From Candidatus Omnitrophota bacterium (lineage in GTDB: Bacteria > Omnitrophota > Gorgyraeia > Zapsychrales > Fredricksoniimonadaceae), in the NCBI GenBank assembly GCA_903901225.1, contig CAIUQE010000005.1, positions 1-54,109 of the forward strand: a stretch of DNA of 54,109 bases, given 5' to 3'. Shown piece after piece: positions 37,064 to 46,492 of the stretch. A model generated the notes under the pieces. That model was not told the DNA's origin. It did no database searches and was given only the letters and a program-made list of their open reading frames with translations. Position numbers and translations under genes: made by a program. The stretch's first letter is position 1, and every line of letters starts with the position of its first letter.

Positions 37064-38397
37064 GGCTGATCCCTTTGTTCCCCCAGCGCCTTCATGGCCA
37101 AAGACACGATCTCGCCACTGGCGAAAGGTTTATATAGATAATGGATCTTCTGCCGGCCAAGCTGTTCCCTTAAACCCGCGGGATGCGCTATCACGATATT
37201 ATCCTTGTCAAATATGCCTGTCATGAAGACGAGCGCCGTATCCGGGCTGATCGTGTTCAATTCCACGCAGGTTTTGATCCCGTCCATGCCGGGCATGACC
37301 TTGTCAATGAAAGCAAGGGCGTATTTCTTCTGCCCCACGGCTTTCAGGGCCTCCGGACCGCTCAACACGCTGTCAACATGATAGCCCACGGCGCACAGCT
37401 CCCGCTTGAATACGATGCCGATGAGCGGCTCATCATCCACGACCAGGATGTTGTCGCCCGTCACGGGCGCCAATTCAGGCGCAGAGACGACTTCTTTGCG
37501 GTCAAAGAACCGGATCCGGTCCCTGCCGGAACTCTTGGCCGCGTACATGGCCGCGTCCGCGTTCTTTAAAAGCTCCTGCAGGGCCTCCCCGTGATCGGGA
37601 TAGACCGCGATGCCGATGGACGCCGTGATACCGGGCGTGTCACTGACGATATAACGTGGTTCACCGACCTGCTTGCGGATGCGCTCCGCGGTTTCTTCCG
37701 CGTTCTGCCAGCTTTCCAGGTCACTCAGGAAAACAAGGAACTCGTCGCCGCCAAAGCGCGCGGCGATATCCGTTTCGCGGATGCTTTTGCCCAGGCGCGC
37801 GGCCTTGTCTTTCAAAACCTCATCCCCCGCCGCGTGCCCCAGCGCGTCATTCACTTTCTTGAAATGATCAAGATCAATGAAAAGCACCGCGCATTTCTTC
37901 CCGAGCCGTTTCATATGCGCGATCCCCCTGTTACCGATCTCGAAAAAAAGCGTGCGGTTCGCCAGCTGGGTGAGAGGATCGTAATGCGCCAGGGCCATGA
38001 TCTTGCGTTCCTGATGCATCCGCTCGACGGCATAGCATGCCGCGCGCGTGAGCATATCCCCGCGGATCTCGCCCTTGATCAGGTAATCCTGAGCCCCTTC
38101 CCGCACCGCGGCCAGCGCTACGTTCCGATCACTGAGGCAGGTCAGGACAATGATCGGCAGGCGCGGCGCGGCCTGCCGCAAGACACGGAACGTGTCAAGG
38201 CCCTGGCTGTCGGGCAATCCGAGATCGGTGATGACCAGGTCCGTCATGTTCTGCGCGAGCCGCTCAATGGCCAAAGCAAGCCGCGGCACGGAGCTAGCTT
38301 CAAATTGCACGGGCCCTGGCTCCGCCAACGCGGCGCGGATCAGGTCAATATCTCCCGGGTTATCTTCAACGATCAGAACACGGAGTTGCCCGTTCAT
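37060..38397 (-). CDS. REC-GGDEF-REC diguanylate cyclase
   Basis: N-terminal REC (DLGLPDSQG), DPLTQLANR, DLDHFK, I-site RETD, intact GGDEF, C-terminal REC. Start taken at MNGQ 38397. Confidence 0.9.
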   Translation of the reverse strand: MNGQLRVLIVEDNPGDIDLIRAALAEPGPVQFEASSVPRLALAIERLAQNMTDLVITDLGLPDSQGLDTFRVLRQAAPRLPIIVLTCLSDRNVALAAVREGAQDYLIKGEIRGDMLTRAACYAVERMHQERKIMALAHYDPLTQLANRTLFFEIGNRGIAHMKRLGKKCAVLFIDLDHFKKVNDALGHAAGDEVLKDKAARLGKSIRETDIAARFGGDEFLVFLSDLESWQNAEETAERIRKQVGEPRYIVSDTPGITASIGIAVYPDHGEALQELLKNADAAMYAAKSSGRDRIRFFDRKEVVSAPELAPVTGDNILVVDDEPLIGIVFKRELCAVGYHVDSVLSGPEALKAVGQKKYALAFIDKVMPGMDGIKTCVELNTISPDTALVFMTGIFDKDNIVIAHPAGLREQLGRQKIHYLYKPFASGEIVSLAMKALGEQRDQP

Positions 38398-38846
38398 GGT
38401 ATGGCTCCTTCCGGCGGCCTGCCGCACAACGCCGCCTCGATCGCCGCAATGACGCGCGGAAATTGGTCTGGGCCCGCCGGTTTCGTGACATACGAATAAG
38501 CGCTCGAAATATAACTTCTGATCATATCCTCGCCGGAGCGCGAGACCGTCAGGATGATCACCGGTATCTGCTTCAAGGCAACGTCGGCCTTGATCTCATC
38601 AAGGACATCACGACCGCTTTTTTTGGGCAAAGTCAGGTCCAGCAGGATCACGTCAGGGCGCGGCGCCCGGGCGAACTCACCCTCGCGGCGCAAAAACAGC
38701 ATCGCCGCCGTACCATCCCCGACGACATTCAACGAGTAACGCATCCCGCTCTGCTCCAAAGCTTCCCGGGTCAGGTCCACGTCGCCCGGATTATCTTCCA
38801 CCAGGAGGAGCCCGACAGGCTTGTCTGATCCTGTTTTGATAATCAT
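38394..38846 (-). CDS. Rcp1-like single-domain response regulator
   Basis: LLVEDNPGD, PRPDVILLDLTLPK, IPVIILT, YVTKP; SD AAGGAGG. Confidence 0.88.
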   Translation of the reverse strand: MIIKTGSDKPVGLLLVEDNPGDVDLTREALEQSGMRYSLNVVGDGTAAMLFLRREGEFARAPRPDVILLDLTLPKKSGRDVLDEIKADVALKQIPVIILTVSRSGEDMIRSYISSAYSYVTKPAGPDQFPRVIAAIEAALCGRPPEGAIP

Positions 38847-38871
38847 CATCGCCTCCTTTGCCATGTCCTGT

Positions 38872-39336
38872 TCATAGATCTTGCGCTCCTTTGGGCGGCA
38901 ATACGACAACACCCAGCCAGAAATCTTCGATCGCTTTTATCACGCGCCGGAACTGGTGCAGGTCAACGGGCTTGGTGATATAGCAGTTGGCGTGCAGGTT
39001 ATAACTGTTAAGGATATCTTCTTCGGCGCATGAGATCGTCAGCACCAGCACGGGGATACGCCGCAACACGGGGTCGGCCTTGATCTCGGCAAGCACTTCG
39101 CGGCCGTTCTTGCGCGGCAGGTTCAGATCCAGCATGATGAGGTCGGGCGCCGGCGCGCCCGCGTGTTTCCCGCGGCGGAAAAGAAAATCGGTCGCGTCCT
39201 CGCCGTCAACGGCCACGTGCAGCGCGCAGGGCATCTTGCTGTTCTCAAACGCGTCCCGCGCCAGGTCCGCGTCACCGGGATTGTCCTCCACCAACAGGAT
39301 ATCGACGGGTTTTCCTAATCTTGTAAGGCTCATCAT
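38872..39336 (-). CDS. Rcp1-like single-domain response regulator
   Basis: ILLVEDNPGD, LDLNLPRKNG, ANCYITKP, IEDFWL; start at 39336 after AGGAGG. Confidence 0.9.
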   Translation of the reverse strand: MMSLTRLGKPVDILLVEDNPGDADLARDAFENSKMPCALHVAVDGEDATDFLFRRGKHAGAPAPDLIMLDLNLPRKNGREVLAEIKADPVLRRIPVLVLTISCAEEDILNSYNLHANCYITKPVDLHQFRRVIKAIEDFWLGVVVLPPKGAQDL

Positions 39337-40856
39337 AACGCGCCTCCTTTGGCCTGTTTCGGGACTGTGAATATGAATGCCGTACCCTGGCCCGGTTCGG
39401 ACTCGAACCATATTTTGCCGCCATTATGTTCCACGATCCGCTTGCACACCGCCAACCCTATCCCGGTGCCGGGATATTCCTGGCGGGTATGCAGGCGCTG
39501 GAAGATCACAAAGATCCGCTCCGCGTACTGGCGCTCGATCCCGATGCCGTTATCCTTGACGGAAAAGACCCACTCGCCACCCCCGTCCCGGACGGACACG
39601 TGGACGCGCGGGGCCTCTTTACCCCTGAACTTAAGGGCATTGCCAACAAGATTCTGGAACAGCTGCACAAGCTGGGAAGCGTCAAAGAACACCGTCGGGA
39701 GCGCGTCATGCGTGACGGACGCCGCGTTCTTTTCGATCACCACGACAAGGTTGCGCAACGCCTCCCCAAGCGCGATATTGGCGTCCAACAATGCCACCGG
39801 CTTCGCGTTCGCGGTGACGCGCGAATAAGTCAAAAGGTCATTAACGTACTGCTGCATGCGCACCGCCCCGTCCACCGCGTAATCGATATACTTCTGGGCC
39901 TTCTCATCCAGCTGGCCCTTGTAGCGGTCCGCCAGAAGTTGTGTGTAACTGGCGATCATCCGCAGTGGCTCCTGAAGATCGTGCGACGTGACCGAAACGA
40001 ACACCTGCAGTTCCTTGTTCATCCGGTCAACCTCTCCCATGGCGTGGCGCAAATTATCCTCCGTCTGCTTGCGCGCGGTGATGTCCGTCTGGATGCCCGT
40101 CATCACCAGCGGCTTGCCGTCATGCCACTCGACCACCTTGCCGCGGTCGTGCACCCATACCCAGGTACCGTTCTTGTGGCGCATGCGATACTCGCAATCG
40201 TAATAATCCAGGGTCCCCTGAAAATGCTTATGCAGGAGCTCCTCGGTATTCTTCATGTCATCCGGGTGCGCGAAGTCCAGCCAGGTCTGCACGCTGACTG
40301 GCGCGAGTTCGGCCAGCGTGTGGCCAAGGATCCCGGCCCAGCGTTCATTGAAAACGGTCTCTCCCGTCAGCACATTCCACCGCCACGTCCCCACCTTTGT
40401 GGCCTCAATGATATTGACCAGGATCCTGTGATGTTCTATCAGCTGCCACACCATCTTCTTGCGTTCGGTGATATCAAAAATGATCGTGTGCAACACCTGA
40501 CGCCCTTTGAACGGGATGCGGCTGGCCGCCAGGTCCACATCCCGCAGGGAACCATCCGCCAGGCGGTGCTGGAACTGGAACTGCCGGCCTTTCTCCTGCG
40601 CCACCGAAAGCATGGCCTGGTGGATCTCACCCGGCGACAACACGCAAATGTCCGCGAAACGCATGGCCAGCAGCCGTTCGCGCGGGTAACCGTAAAACAC
40701 GATCGCGGCATCATTCGCTTCGATGATCATGCCGCTGTCGATCTCGACCAGCATCATCACCGCCGAACTCCCGGCAAATTGAGCGCGGTAAGATTCATCA
40801 TTGACGCGCCGATCCTGGCTCAACGCCCTCAACTCTTCCACTTTGACCTGCTCCAT
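39333..40856 (-). CDS. PAS-PAS histidine kinase with Cph1/bacteriophytochrome-type kinase core (no photosensory module)
   Basis: SHDLQEPLR H-box, QNLVGNALKF, IFVIFQRLH, YPGTGIGLAVC; start 40856 or 40862. Confidence 0.9.
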   Translation of the reverse strand: MEQVKVEELRALSQDRRVNDESYRAQFAGSSAVMMLVEIDSGMIIEANDAAIVFYGYPRERLLAMRFADICVLSPGEIHQAMLSVAQEKGRQFQFQHRLADGSLRDVDLAASRIPFKGRQVLHTIIFDITERKKMVWQLIEHHRILVNIIEATKVGTWRWNVLTGETVFNERWAGILGHTLAELAPVSVQTWLDFAHPDDMKNTEELLHKHFQGTLDYYDCEYRMRHKNGTWVWVHDRGKVVEWHDGKPLVMTGIQTDITARKQTEDNLRHAMGEVDRMNKELQVFVSVTSHDLQEPLRMIASYTQLLADRYKGQLDEKAQKYIDYAVDGAVRMQQYVNDLLTYSRVTANAKPVALLDANIALGEALRNLVVVIEKNAASVTHDALPTVFFDASQLVQLFQNLVGNALKFRGKEAPRVHVSVRDGGGEWVFSVKDNGIGIERQYAERIFVIFQRLHTRQEYPGTGIGLAVCKRIVEHNGGKIWFESEPGQGTAFIFTVPKQAKGGAL

Positions 40857-40900
40857 AAACACCCCTCCGCTCTCCAGCCATCCCGGGAAAATACCCCGTG

Positions 40901-41380
40901 TCAGGGTTGCAGTTTCAAAATGACCTGCCGGCCACCCCCAGCATCCGAAAGTTCAACTTCCCGCGCGGAAATGCTTCTGACGATCATATCCTCGACCGTT
41001 TCATTCAATTTTAATATCTTCCCGTTGATGACCGCCATGGACCCGGCCCCCGCGTTGACGATCCCCTCGAGCGTATACGTCCCCGGAGGATAGCGGACCG
41101 CCGCCGGGCGAGCCATATCCACGGCCTTGGCCTCCGGGACCGGGGATGCCGCGGCTGTTCGCCGCGCGGCCTCAGCCCTCGCCAGGGCCGCCTTCCTGTC
41201 CTCGGTCGCGATCTGAGCGCGAAAGATATTCCAGCCCACCAGCCCCAGAAAAATAATCCCGAGAACAATTACGGCGCCCCTTATCCAGGGTCCACCCGCA
41301 TCCCGGCTTCCACCGGCCGCGCGCGCCTCGGGCCTGCGCGCCGATTCCGCTCTCTTTAACGCGTCATACATGGTGCTCAT
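40901..41380 (-). CDS. GspB/ExeB-like single-TM protein
   Basis: MSTMYDALKRAE N-terminus, one TM helix, C-terminal LEGIV...AVING small beta domain; follows ExeA. Confidence 0.65.
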   Translation of the reverse strand: MSTMYDALKRAESARRPEARAAGGSRDAGGPWIRGAVIVLGIIFLGLVGWNIFRAQIATEDRKAALARAEAARRTAAASPVPEAKAVDMARPAAVRYPPGTYTLEGIVNAGAGSMAVINGKILKLNETVEDMIVRSISAREVELSDAGGGRQVILKLQP

Positions 41381-42174
41381 ATGATTTCCTTTATGGCTTC
41401 TTTCAGAAGGACTTCATCCCAACGGGACTGCCCCTTCACGTATCCGATCAAAAGCGCCCGGTCGCAGAGCATGTTGATGAGCCGCGGCACACCGCGCGAA
41501 AACCCGTAGATGATCTCACGGCAATCCCTTCTGACGTCAAAATCAGGCTTGCCCGCGTGGCCCAGGCGCGCACTCAAATAGCCATCCACCTCCTGCTCCG
41601 ATAACGGTGCCAGGTTGCATTTCACAAAGACCCTCTGGCGGATCTGGCGCAGTTCATGCCGGGCCAGCTTCTGTGTCAGCTCCGGCTGCCCCACCAGGAC
41701 CAGCTGTAAAAGTTTTTGCGAACCGGCTTCGAGGTTGGACAACAACCGCACCTGCTCAAGCTGGCGGACGCTCAGGTGCTGGGCCTCATCAATGATCAAA
41801 ACCCCGTTGCCCCCGGCGGCGTGCAGATCGATCAGAAACCTGTCAAGCGCCTTGACCAGGTCACGCCGGCTCTTTTTCTCCGTCGGTATCCCGAAATCAT
41901 CGAGAATAGCCTGCAGGAGCTGGCTGTCATTGAAATACGGGTTGAGGATGAGCGAGACTTTTACGGAAGGATCCAGGTATTCAATGACCTTCTGGCACAG
42001 CGTGGTCTTGCCCGTCCCCACTTCGCCGGTGAGCAGGATGACCCCCTTGCGCTGGGCAATGCCATACTTTATGGCCGCAAAAGCCTCCCGGTGCGAGGCG
42101 CTGTCAAAAAAGAAATGCGGCTCGCTGGTGGGACTGAAAGGCACCTTGTTGAATCCGTAAAACTGGCAATACAT
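41377..42174 (-). CDS. ExeA/GspA (MshM-like) AAA ATPase
   Basis: MY..FYG...PF, GEVGTGKTT, IIDEAQ, LVGQPEL, GVPRLIN. Confidence 0.9.
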   Translation of the reverse strand: MYCQFYGFNKVPFSPTSEPHFFFDSASHREAFAAIKYGIAQRKGVILLTGEVGTGKTTLCQKVIEYLDPSVKVSLILNPYFNDSQLLQAILDDFGIPTEKKSRRDLVKALDRFLIDLHAAGGNGVLIIDEAQHLSVRQLEQVRLLSNLEAGSQKLLQLVLVGQPELTQKLARHELRQIRQRVFVKCNLAPLSEQEVDGYLSARLGHAGKPDFDVRRDCREIIYGFSRGVPRLINMLCDRALLIGYVKGQSRWDEVLLKEAIKEII

Positions 42175-42182
42175 TCTTCCCC

Positions 42183-43646
42183 CTACGGCTTGGTGAAATT
42201 TCTCTCCACACTGACCGTGTCCATGATCCCCGGTGACACCTGCTCTTCCGGCGTCATGATATGCGCCGTAATGAAGATCACCAGCTCGATCTTTTCCGTG
42301 GTCTTGACATTGCGCCGGAACAAGGCGCCCAGCAGCGGTATCTTCGAGAGGACCGGCACGCCGATAACCTGCGCGCTCTCAACATCCTTTAATAACCCGC
42401 CCATCATGACCGTCCCGTTATCGGGAATGATCAACTGGGTCTGGGCTTCGCGCGTGGAAATGATCGGATACTGCACCAGCGTCGTCCCGCTCTGGTCGAT
42501 GACCTTGGCCGTCGTCGAATAGGAGGAGACCGCCGGATGGACGATCAGGTTGATGTAGTTCTCCTTTTCACCCCAGATCTGCGGGACCACGTTGAGCTGG
42601 ATGCCGATATCCTTGTACTCCTGCAACGATCCGCCCACGATATTGTTCGTCGTCGAGCTCACTTCCGTCTGGATGATCGGGTACTTGGTCCCGATGAGGA
42701 TCGTCGCCTCCTGGTTGTTCAAGGTCATCAGGATCGGCGCGGAAAGCATATTGGATTTTGAGTTCTCCTCCAGCGCGTGCAGGACGACCTCGAACTGGGC
42801 CCCGGTCAGGTGCTGGAACATGAACTGCATCCCGCCGTTGTTCGACGTGAGCGACGTTGTCTGCGACAGGAACATCGACGGCGTCGGCGCAAGGGAATGG
42901 ATGGCGAACTGGGTATTGCCGGAGCCTGAAACAGCCTGCAGGGGTGACGTTTCAGCACCCGTCTTGCCCGTGCCCCAATCCACGCCCAGGTCCTTGAGCA
43001 GGTTATGGCTCACTTCCAGGATCCTGGTCTTGATCATGATCTGTTTGGGCATCACATCCAGCTGGTCCAGAAGCGCGGCGATCTGCTCGATCCTGTCCGC
43101 GGTATCGGAGACCACCAGGATCTTGGTCCTCTTGAGCTTGTTCTCCTCCGCTATCGCCTTCTTTCCGGCCTCGGTGCCGAACCCCCAGCCGGACTGGCCC
43201 GTGGTCTCCAGCACCGCTGTTTTTCCGGCGGGCGAAAGGATGGGCATGATCGCCTTCTTCGCGTCATTCCCGTCGAGAAATTTAAGCGAGAAAACCCTGG
43301 TCCTGATCTCGGTACCGGCCGTGCTGCCGCCAGGGCCAATAGGCCGGATAAGGATCACGTTCTTCTGGCGCGACGACTCGAGGTTGTAGCTCTTGAGGAG
43401 CACATTGAGCGCCGTTTCCCAGTCAACCTGCGCCAGGTCGACCGTAACCGTCCCCTGCACGTCAGCGGAAGGAACAATATTTATATCCGCAACGTCCGCG
43501 GACGCCAGTTGCGCGATGGCCGCGAGCACGATCCTGATATCCGTGTCCTTGAACGCGAAACTCTGCACCGGCGCCGCACCAGCCGGCCCCGGCATTGCCG
43601 TCACGAGCAGGACGCCCCACATGAGGATCTTTAGCGTGGCTTTCAT
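42183..43646 (-). CDS. Secretin (PilQ/GspD family)
   Basis: FKDTDIRIVL N0 domain, LDVMPKQIMIKTRILEV, LNNQEATILIG, GVPVLSKIPLLGALF, ELVIFITAHI. Start taken at MKAT 43646. Confidence 0.92.
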   Translation of the reverse strand: MKATLKILMWGVLLVTAMPGPAGAAPVQSFAFKDTDIRIVLAAIAQLASADVADINIVPSADVQGTVTVDLAQVDWETALNVLLKSYNLESSRQKNVILIRPIGPGGSTAGTEIRTRVFSLKFLDGNDAKKAIMPILSPAGKTAVLETTGQSGWGFGTEAGKKAIAEENKLKRTKILVVSDTADRIEQIAALLDQLDVMPKQIMIKTRILEVSHNLLKDLGVDWGTGKTGAETSPLQAVSGSGNTQFAIHSLAPTPSMFLSQTTSLTSNNGGMQFMFQHLTGAQFEVVLHALEENSKSNMLSAPILMTLNNQEATILIGTKYPIIQTEVSSTTNNIVGGSLQEYKDIGIQLNVVPQIWGEKENYINLIVHPAVSSYSTTAKVIDQSGTTLVQYPIISTREAQTQLIIPDNGTVMMGGLLKDVESAQVIGVPVLSKIPLLGALFRRNVKTTEKIELVIFITAHIMTPEEQVSPGIMDTVSVERNFTKP

Positions 43647-43669
43647 GGCCCCGTCCTCCTTGTTAATGA

Positions 43670-44053
43670 TCATTTCTCCAACCGTAGCTGCACGCATTGC
43701 GCGAGTTCCGTTCTCAAGCATAGTGTGACAACCCGCCTCTCTATCTGAACGACAACCTTGTCCCCCACACCGTCCCCGGCCATCATCCTGCGGCCGTTGA
43801 TGACCGCGAAAGATCGGTTACCGTCAATAACGATCCCGCTCACGTGATCGCCGCGCACGGGAGCCTGGACGACAGGAATGTCCGATGACAGCATGGCGGC
43901 GGCCTGAGGCGGCAGGGCAGGCCTGACGGCCACCCGCGCGCCTTGCCCTTTGAAAAAAAGAAGGCCGCACGCGATCATGGCTCCCGCCAGGAGCATGACT
44001 TTCCGGCTTAATTCCCTGTCCTTGCTGATCGTGTATAAAAGTCTATGCCGCAT
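43670..44053 (-). CDS. Single-TM hypothetical pilus accessory protein (MshK/GspC-like)
   Basis: One TM helix, then VSGIVIDGNRSFAVING..GD.V; sits directly upstream of the secretin. Confidence 0.55.
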   Translation of the reverse strand: MRHRLLYTISKDRELSRKVMLLAGAMIACGLLFFKGQGARVAVRPALPPQAAAMLSSDIPVVQAPVRGDHVSGIVIDGNRSFAVINGRRMMAGDGVGDKVVVQIERRVVTLCLRTELAQCVQLRLEK

Positions 44054-44075
44054 AAATCCACCCGTCTGAAAACAC

Positions 44076-44936
44076 TTATTTAAGGCCGCTCACGGCTTCC
44101 CATAACGCCACCGCAAGCAACAGCACCAGCCCCCACGTGAGCCCGGCCGACAAAGCCGAACGCTCGGCCATGCTCAGGGCGTATTTCTTGAAATGGTTCG
44201 GCGCGACGAACACGCGCGCGGGTCCCTCGACGGCAGCCTCCGCGCTGTTGCCCGATGTTACGATCGCCGCTTTTAACCTCTTGACCAGGTCTTCTTTCCC
44301 TTCCATCTGACCCGTGCAAATGACATCCTCGACCTGTTTTCGCGCGCTGTGGCTGCAACAATACCGGATCGTGTCCATCAGCCATCGCTCGATCTCGGCA
44401 TCATCCGCGGCATCATGCATGCGGCGAAAAAATACCGGTTCGCCTCCCAGGAAAACCGCCGTAAGGACATCCCCCGGCCTCAGAAAATTCACCAGGCAAT
44501 AATCCTGACGCTTCGCGGTTACATTCTTGAGATGGTCCTCGACCATGCCCGCTTCCGCCGAGATCAACGCTACCGGCACCAGGGCGCTATCCTTGAAGGC
44601 CGCCAGATGATCCTCCAGTTCCACCCGCGGGATGGCGGAATAAATTCCCCGGACATGCCGCCCCCGCGCGCTCAGCAACTGCCAGGCGATCTCGATATCA
44701 TCCGGGTTCATGGACAAAGCCTGCGCCGCCTCCAACCGCAGCACCTCCAGCAATTCCGGCAAAGGCACGTTCAAATGCTCGAAATGCCGCGTGACCATCA
44801 TGGGCCCAAAGACCCGCACGACAGCGAAGCGCGCGCCCCCCGCTTTGGAAGCCGCGGCCATGCGTCCGCGCAATTCACCCGGCGAGAGGACGTCGAACGA
44901 CTGGACGATGCTTTTTCCCGCTTTATCCTGTCTCAT
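44076..44936 (-). CDS. Divergent PilM/GspL-like protein with C-terminal TM helix
   Basis: Actin-like PilM features (LEAAQALSMNPDDIEIAW, PVFFRRM, TIRY, ICTG) plus a hydrophobic C-terminus. Start at ATG 44936 overlapping the upstream stop. Confidence 0.55.
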   Translation of the reverse strand: MRQDKAGKSIVQSFDVLSPGELRGRMAAASKAGGARFAVVRVFGPMMVTRHFEHLNVPLPELLEVLRLEAAQALSMNPDDIEIAWQLLSARGRHVRGIYSAIPRVELEDHLAAFKDSALVPVALISAEAGMVEDHLKNVTAKRQDYCLVNFLRPGDVLTAVFLGGEPVFFRRMHDAADDAEIERWLMDTIRYCCSHSARKQVEDVICTGQMEGKEDLVKRLKAAIVTSGNSAEAAVEGPARVFVAPNHFKKYALSMAERSALSAGLTWGLVLLLAVALWEAVSGLK

Positions 44937-46039
44937 ATTTCCTGCCAATTACCCAATTTCACCGTGAAGGGCGAATTGGGGTCGCTGAACGCCCCCAAAG
45001 ACTCGTCGTAATGGACGACATTATCATTGGAAAGCGTGATGGTCTTGCCGACCATGGCCCCGAAAACAGTCGTGTTGTTGCTCATGGTCACATCCGTCAA
45101 TGGCGCATAGATCACGCCGTAGAACGTGCCGTTATTATTGATCGACACCCCGTTCGCTCCGGTGTAAGTGCTGTAAATCACAAATTTATCCGGTGCTTTC
45201 GCGAGATTGTTCAGCGCCACATTATTGCTGAACGACACAACCCCGTCCGCGTAAATGGTCAGGCTCGCTCCGGCATTGACCGTCACGGCGGCATTGTTGC
45301 CTCCTGAGAATGACGGATTTCCCGTGATGTACATAAGCACATCCCCGCTGATGACCAGCCCCACATTGTTGGCAAAGTTCACTTTCGAATACCTGTAATT
45401 TCCCGCCGGCAATGTCAGGGTATTGTTATTCGTCAGCGTCAGCGCCACGCCTGCCGGCAGCGCGGTCAACACTGCCGGGACTACCACCGGCGCCAGGGCG
45501 GCCCCCGCGTTCGTCGTCTGGGTGCCGTGCACCGTGACATTATTGCCGATCGCGATGGTCGCGCCATTGGTCCCAATATCGCCGTTATTGCCGACATTGC
45601 TCCCGCCATAATTCCCTTTGGTGGAATCATAGCTGTCAACGAACACATTGTTGGACAGCGTTATGGTCCCGTTGGAGAATGCCAGGAACTTAAATGGCGA
45701 TGTGACAAGGCAATCAGCCCGCAAATTTCTTGAAAAACCGTTCACTGCGCCCGTTGCTGTCAGGGTGACAACACCGCTGTTTGTTGTCACGGCCACAGCG
45801 TAGGAGCCCGGACCAAAACTTGTTGCCGCCAGGCCCGTGCCCGTGGAACACGCGCCCAGCGCATAGGCTTTTTGCAAACCCGCGTCGCCAACCCAGAACG
45901 CCTGGTTTGAGCTTGTTTCCCTGATATGCGACTGCCCCTGCGTGTCCGCGAGCTGGATGGCGCTCAACCCGAACAAAGCGCAAAATGCCATGAGCCCCAC
46001 AGCCAGCGGCAGGACCAGTCCTTTTTTGCCAGTATTCAT
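44933..46039 (-). CDS. PilX-like minor pilin with Asn-ladder beta-solenoid C-terminal domain
   Basis: KKG-LVLP pilin-like leader without Glu5, QAFWVGDAG PilX motif, about nine NN repeats, GVIYAP, VHYDE. Confidence 0.7.
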   Translation of the reverse strand: MNTGKKGLVLPLAVGLMAFCALFGLSAIQLADTQGQSHIRETSSNQAFWVGDAGLQKAYALGACSTGTGLAATSFGPGSYAVAVTTNSGVVTLTATGAVNGFSRNLRADCLVTSPFKFLAFSNGTITLSNNVFVDSYDSTKGNYGGSNVGNNGDIGTNGATIAIGNNVTVHGTQTTNAGAALAPVVVPAVLTALPAGVALTLTNNNTLTLPAGNYRYSKVNFANNVGLVISGDVLMYITGNPSFSGGNNAAVTVNAGASLTIYADGVVSFSNNVALNNLAKAPDKFVIYSTYTGANGVSINNNGTFYGVIYAPLTDVTMSNNTTVFGAMVGKTITLSNDNVVHYDESLGAFSDPNSPFTVKLGNWQEI

Positions 46040-46488
46040 GGCGCGTTCCTCCGTGTGGCCACGACAGATGCCGTGCGCGTCACGCCGGCCTGCGTGTAAG
46101 CCAATCCCACCGTGACAAGCCGGTCACCGGACACGGTGAACACCAGCGCCGAGATGCCGGACAATACCCGCAGCGTCCTGGCGGGGACAACCGCCGTGTT
46201 CTCGTAAAAGAGGCCGGAGCTGGACGGCTGGTAATAAAGCCTGTGCGCCGTGTCCAGTGTCAACTGGGTGCCCCCGCTTTGCACACCCGGAGTTGTCATC
46301 GCCCCCCGGACACCCGTACGGATCGTATCCACGACAAACTGTCTGTCGCTGTCGACCAGCGCCAGCGCGCGCAGGTCCCTGTAAGCCTTGGCCGCGATCG
46401 TGCCCATGGCCGCCAGCATCAGGACAACGATCGCCCCGACCACAAGCCCGACACAAAGTTCCGCTAAAGAAAATCCGTCATGTCGCAT
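46036..46488 (-). CDS. PilW-like minor pilin
   Basis: MRHDG-FSLAELCVGLVV class III signal; true start at 46488 inside ORF 46036..46812. Confidence 0.8.
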   Translation of the reverse strand: MRHDGFSLAELCVGLVVGAIVVLMLAAMGTIAAKAYRDLRALALVDSDRQFVVDTIRTGVRGAMTTPGVQSGGTQLTLDTAHRLYYQPSSSGLFYENTAVVPARTLRVLSGISALVFTVSGDRLVTVGLAYTQAGVTRTASVVATRRNAP

Positions 46489-46492
46489 GGCA

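Noticed and set aside
39333-40856. Phytochrome-type light sensor
   Set aside because: The kinase core and Rcp1-like partners are Cph1-like, but there is no GAF-PHY module and no LOV NCRFLQ motif.
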